A model generated the notes under the pieces. The model made no database searches. It saw nothing but the letters and a program-made list of their open reading frames with translations, and had not been told where the DNA came from. A DNA stretch of 64,000 nt from Takakia lepidozioides (taxonomy: Eukaryota > Plantae > Bryophyta), in the NCBI GenBank assembly GCA_030704615.1, contig CM060733.1, forward strand, positions 7,998,001-8,062,000, in the 5' to 3' direction. The translations under genes and the position numbers were made by a program. Positions 62,641-64,000 of this stretch are shown here, one piece after another (position 1 is the stretch's first letter; each line of letters begins with the position of its first letter).

Positions 62641-64000
62641 CATAGTCCTATCTGAGGAGAGGTGAGTATTCCTACTTAGATTTTGCCCCCTGTTTTCATA
62701 GGGCTGGCTGGTTACTCCAGGGCTCAAATAGAAAAGTGTACAATAGTTGTTTTCCATCACATGGGGGCAGAGAGAGCAACAGGGTGAGGGAGAGGCTAGG
62801 CTTTCCCTGCAGCCATACCTGTGGGTTTCAACACCTCGTGTACTGGCAGTCAGCAAGGATTAGTGATTTTAGTAATTGATCAGAGGCAGCAGCATAGTGC
62901 TTGACAGGATCACTGATCAGTAATAGCGGTAGTAGATCATATTGATCAAAGAGAAAGAACCAGCTATCCGGACCAAAAGCCAAGAGGGGCCATTCTAGGA
63001 GTGTACAATGAATTTCTATACTATCAGAGGCAGAGAAGGATTTATTAATATCATGACAGCTCTCTGACTATTTTTTCCACCCTCTGTGTTTCTAGGCTCT
63101 CTTCCAAGATCACTTAAACATGCAGGGACACTCAAATCTGCAAACCTTTTTCTCCAGATATGCAGGTAGGTTGCTTTGGGTTGTTGTATTCATCAGAGAA
63201 CGACAAAAAGCATGAAAGAAAAAAATATTTTTGTCCCTAGGAAGCGCAAATGGCCCAAGGAAAGACAGGACACATTCTTGACCTCTTTGACAGTCCGGTA
63301 ATGATAGGATGAAAGAAACTTGCCCTTCTCACTGCAAGCTCTCACTGGCGTGGCTTCATTCTGGACCTGATCAGGAAGTCTATCAGCCCATCCAAGTACT
63401 CAGTGGATTTCTAAGGACTGGATCCCATCGGATCCCTCACTTGCCGTCTCACACCTCAGAGAAGGAGAGAGGAGTGGGGCCAATGAAAGGAGGAATTAGA
63501 AGTGAGGCTACCTTACCAGCACCACTGCTTGAAGCTCGCATAAGATGCTTCTGTTGTGTCCCCAGCGCATGTAACTACTATCTCTCGGCCTGGACTATGT
63601 TTCCTCTGCGTTCTATTGCTACTGCAGACCACCAGCAGCCTCCAACCTTTTGCTCTTAAAATCAAAAAACAACTTGCCAAACTCTTGACCTCACTGATTT
63701 GGACCCTACCATAAACCCTATTAGACCATCCAAATACTCGTCCGACTCTTAAGATTAATGATTTTAACTATGCCATCAGTGGGTTGCTGTTTGATCACCT
63801 TCACAATCGAGAATAGGTTTGTTACAACTTGAAACAGCTACTTCAACCAGGCTGCTGCTGGCAGAAACACTCTTCATCCTCATTCCAGGTGTGCGGGTGT
63901 CCTACTCCCCCAAGTTCAAATCCCCTATTGCAACTTGACATGGGGCCTACTCTTGTGGTTCATCAACTAAAGACAGTCTAAAGACAGTCAATTAGCTAGT

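Overview
Eukaryotic nuclear DNA from a land plant with GT-AG spliced genes. It is probably a bryophyte; this is inferred from a cilia-associated gene, PLS-type PPR fragments and the repeat content. Host genes sit at both ends. Left: NOA1 (partial), PPDK regulatory protein, an intronless PFP beta subunit, PRA1.H with a LINE-filled intron, and an intronless HGSNAT-like gene with a 14-aa repeat insert. Right: a DUF4050/Gag1-like clamp gene, tRNA-Ala(UGC), lpxB and a CRINKLY4-related receptor kinase. The centre (about 20.7-44.3 kb) is a nested transposon block. A Ty3/gypsy LTR element (21557-33787) splits a RING-CH E3 ligase gene at its C-E-V-C motif. Inside it are a 6.4-kb non-autonomous CACTA carrying PPR and OSB-type PDF-motif fragments, an inverted integrase segment, and a 1.2-kb CACTA in one LTR. 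Next comes a probable Helitron/Helentron-derived region with endonuclease and RPA-like remnants and a palindromic tandem array. That region encloses a dUTPase-bearing gypsy remnant and a six-exon TEX47/MOT7/DYBLUP-like (dynein-associated BLUF-like) gene that the ORF track does not show as a gene. All family assignments come from motif recognition by eye; no database searches were run.
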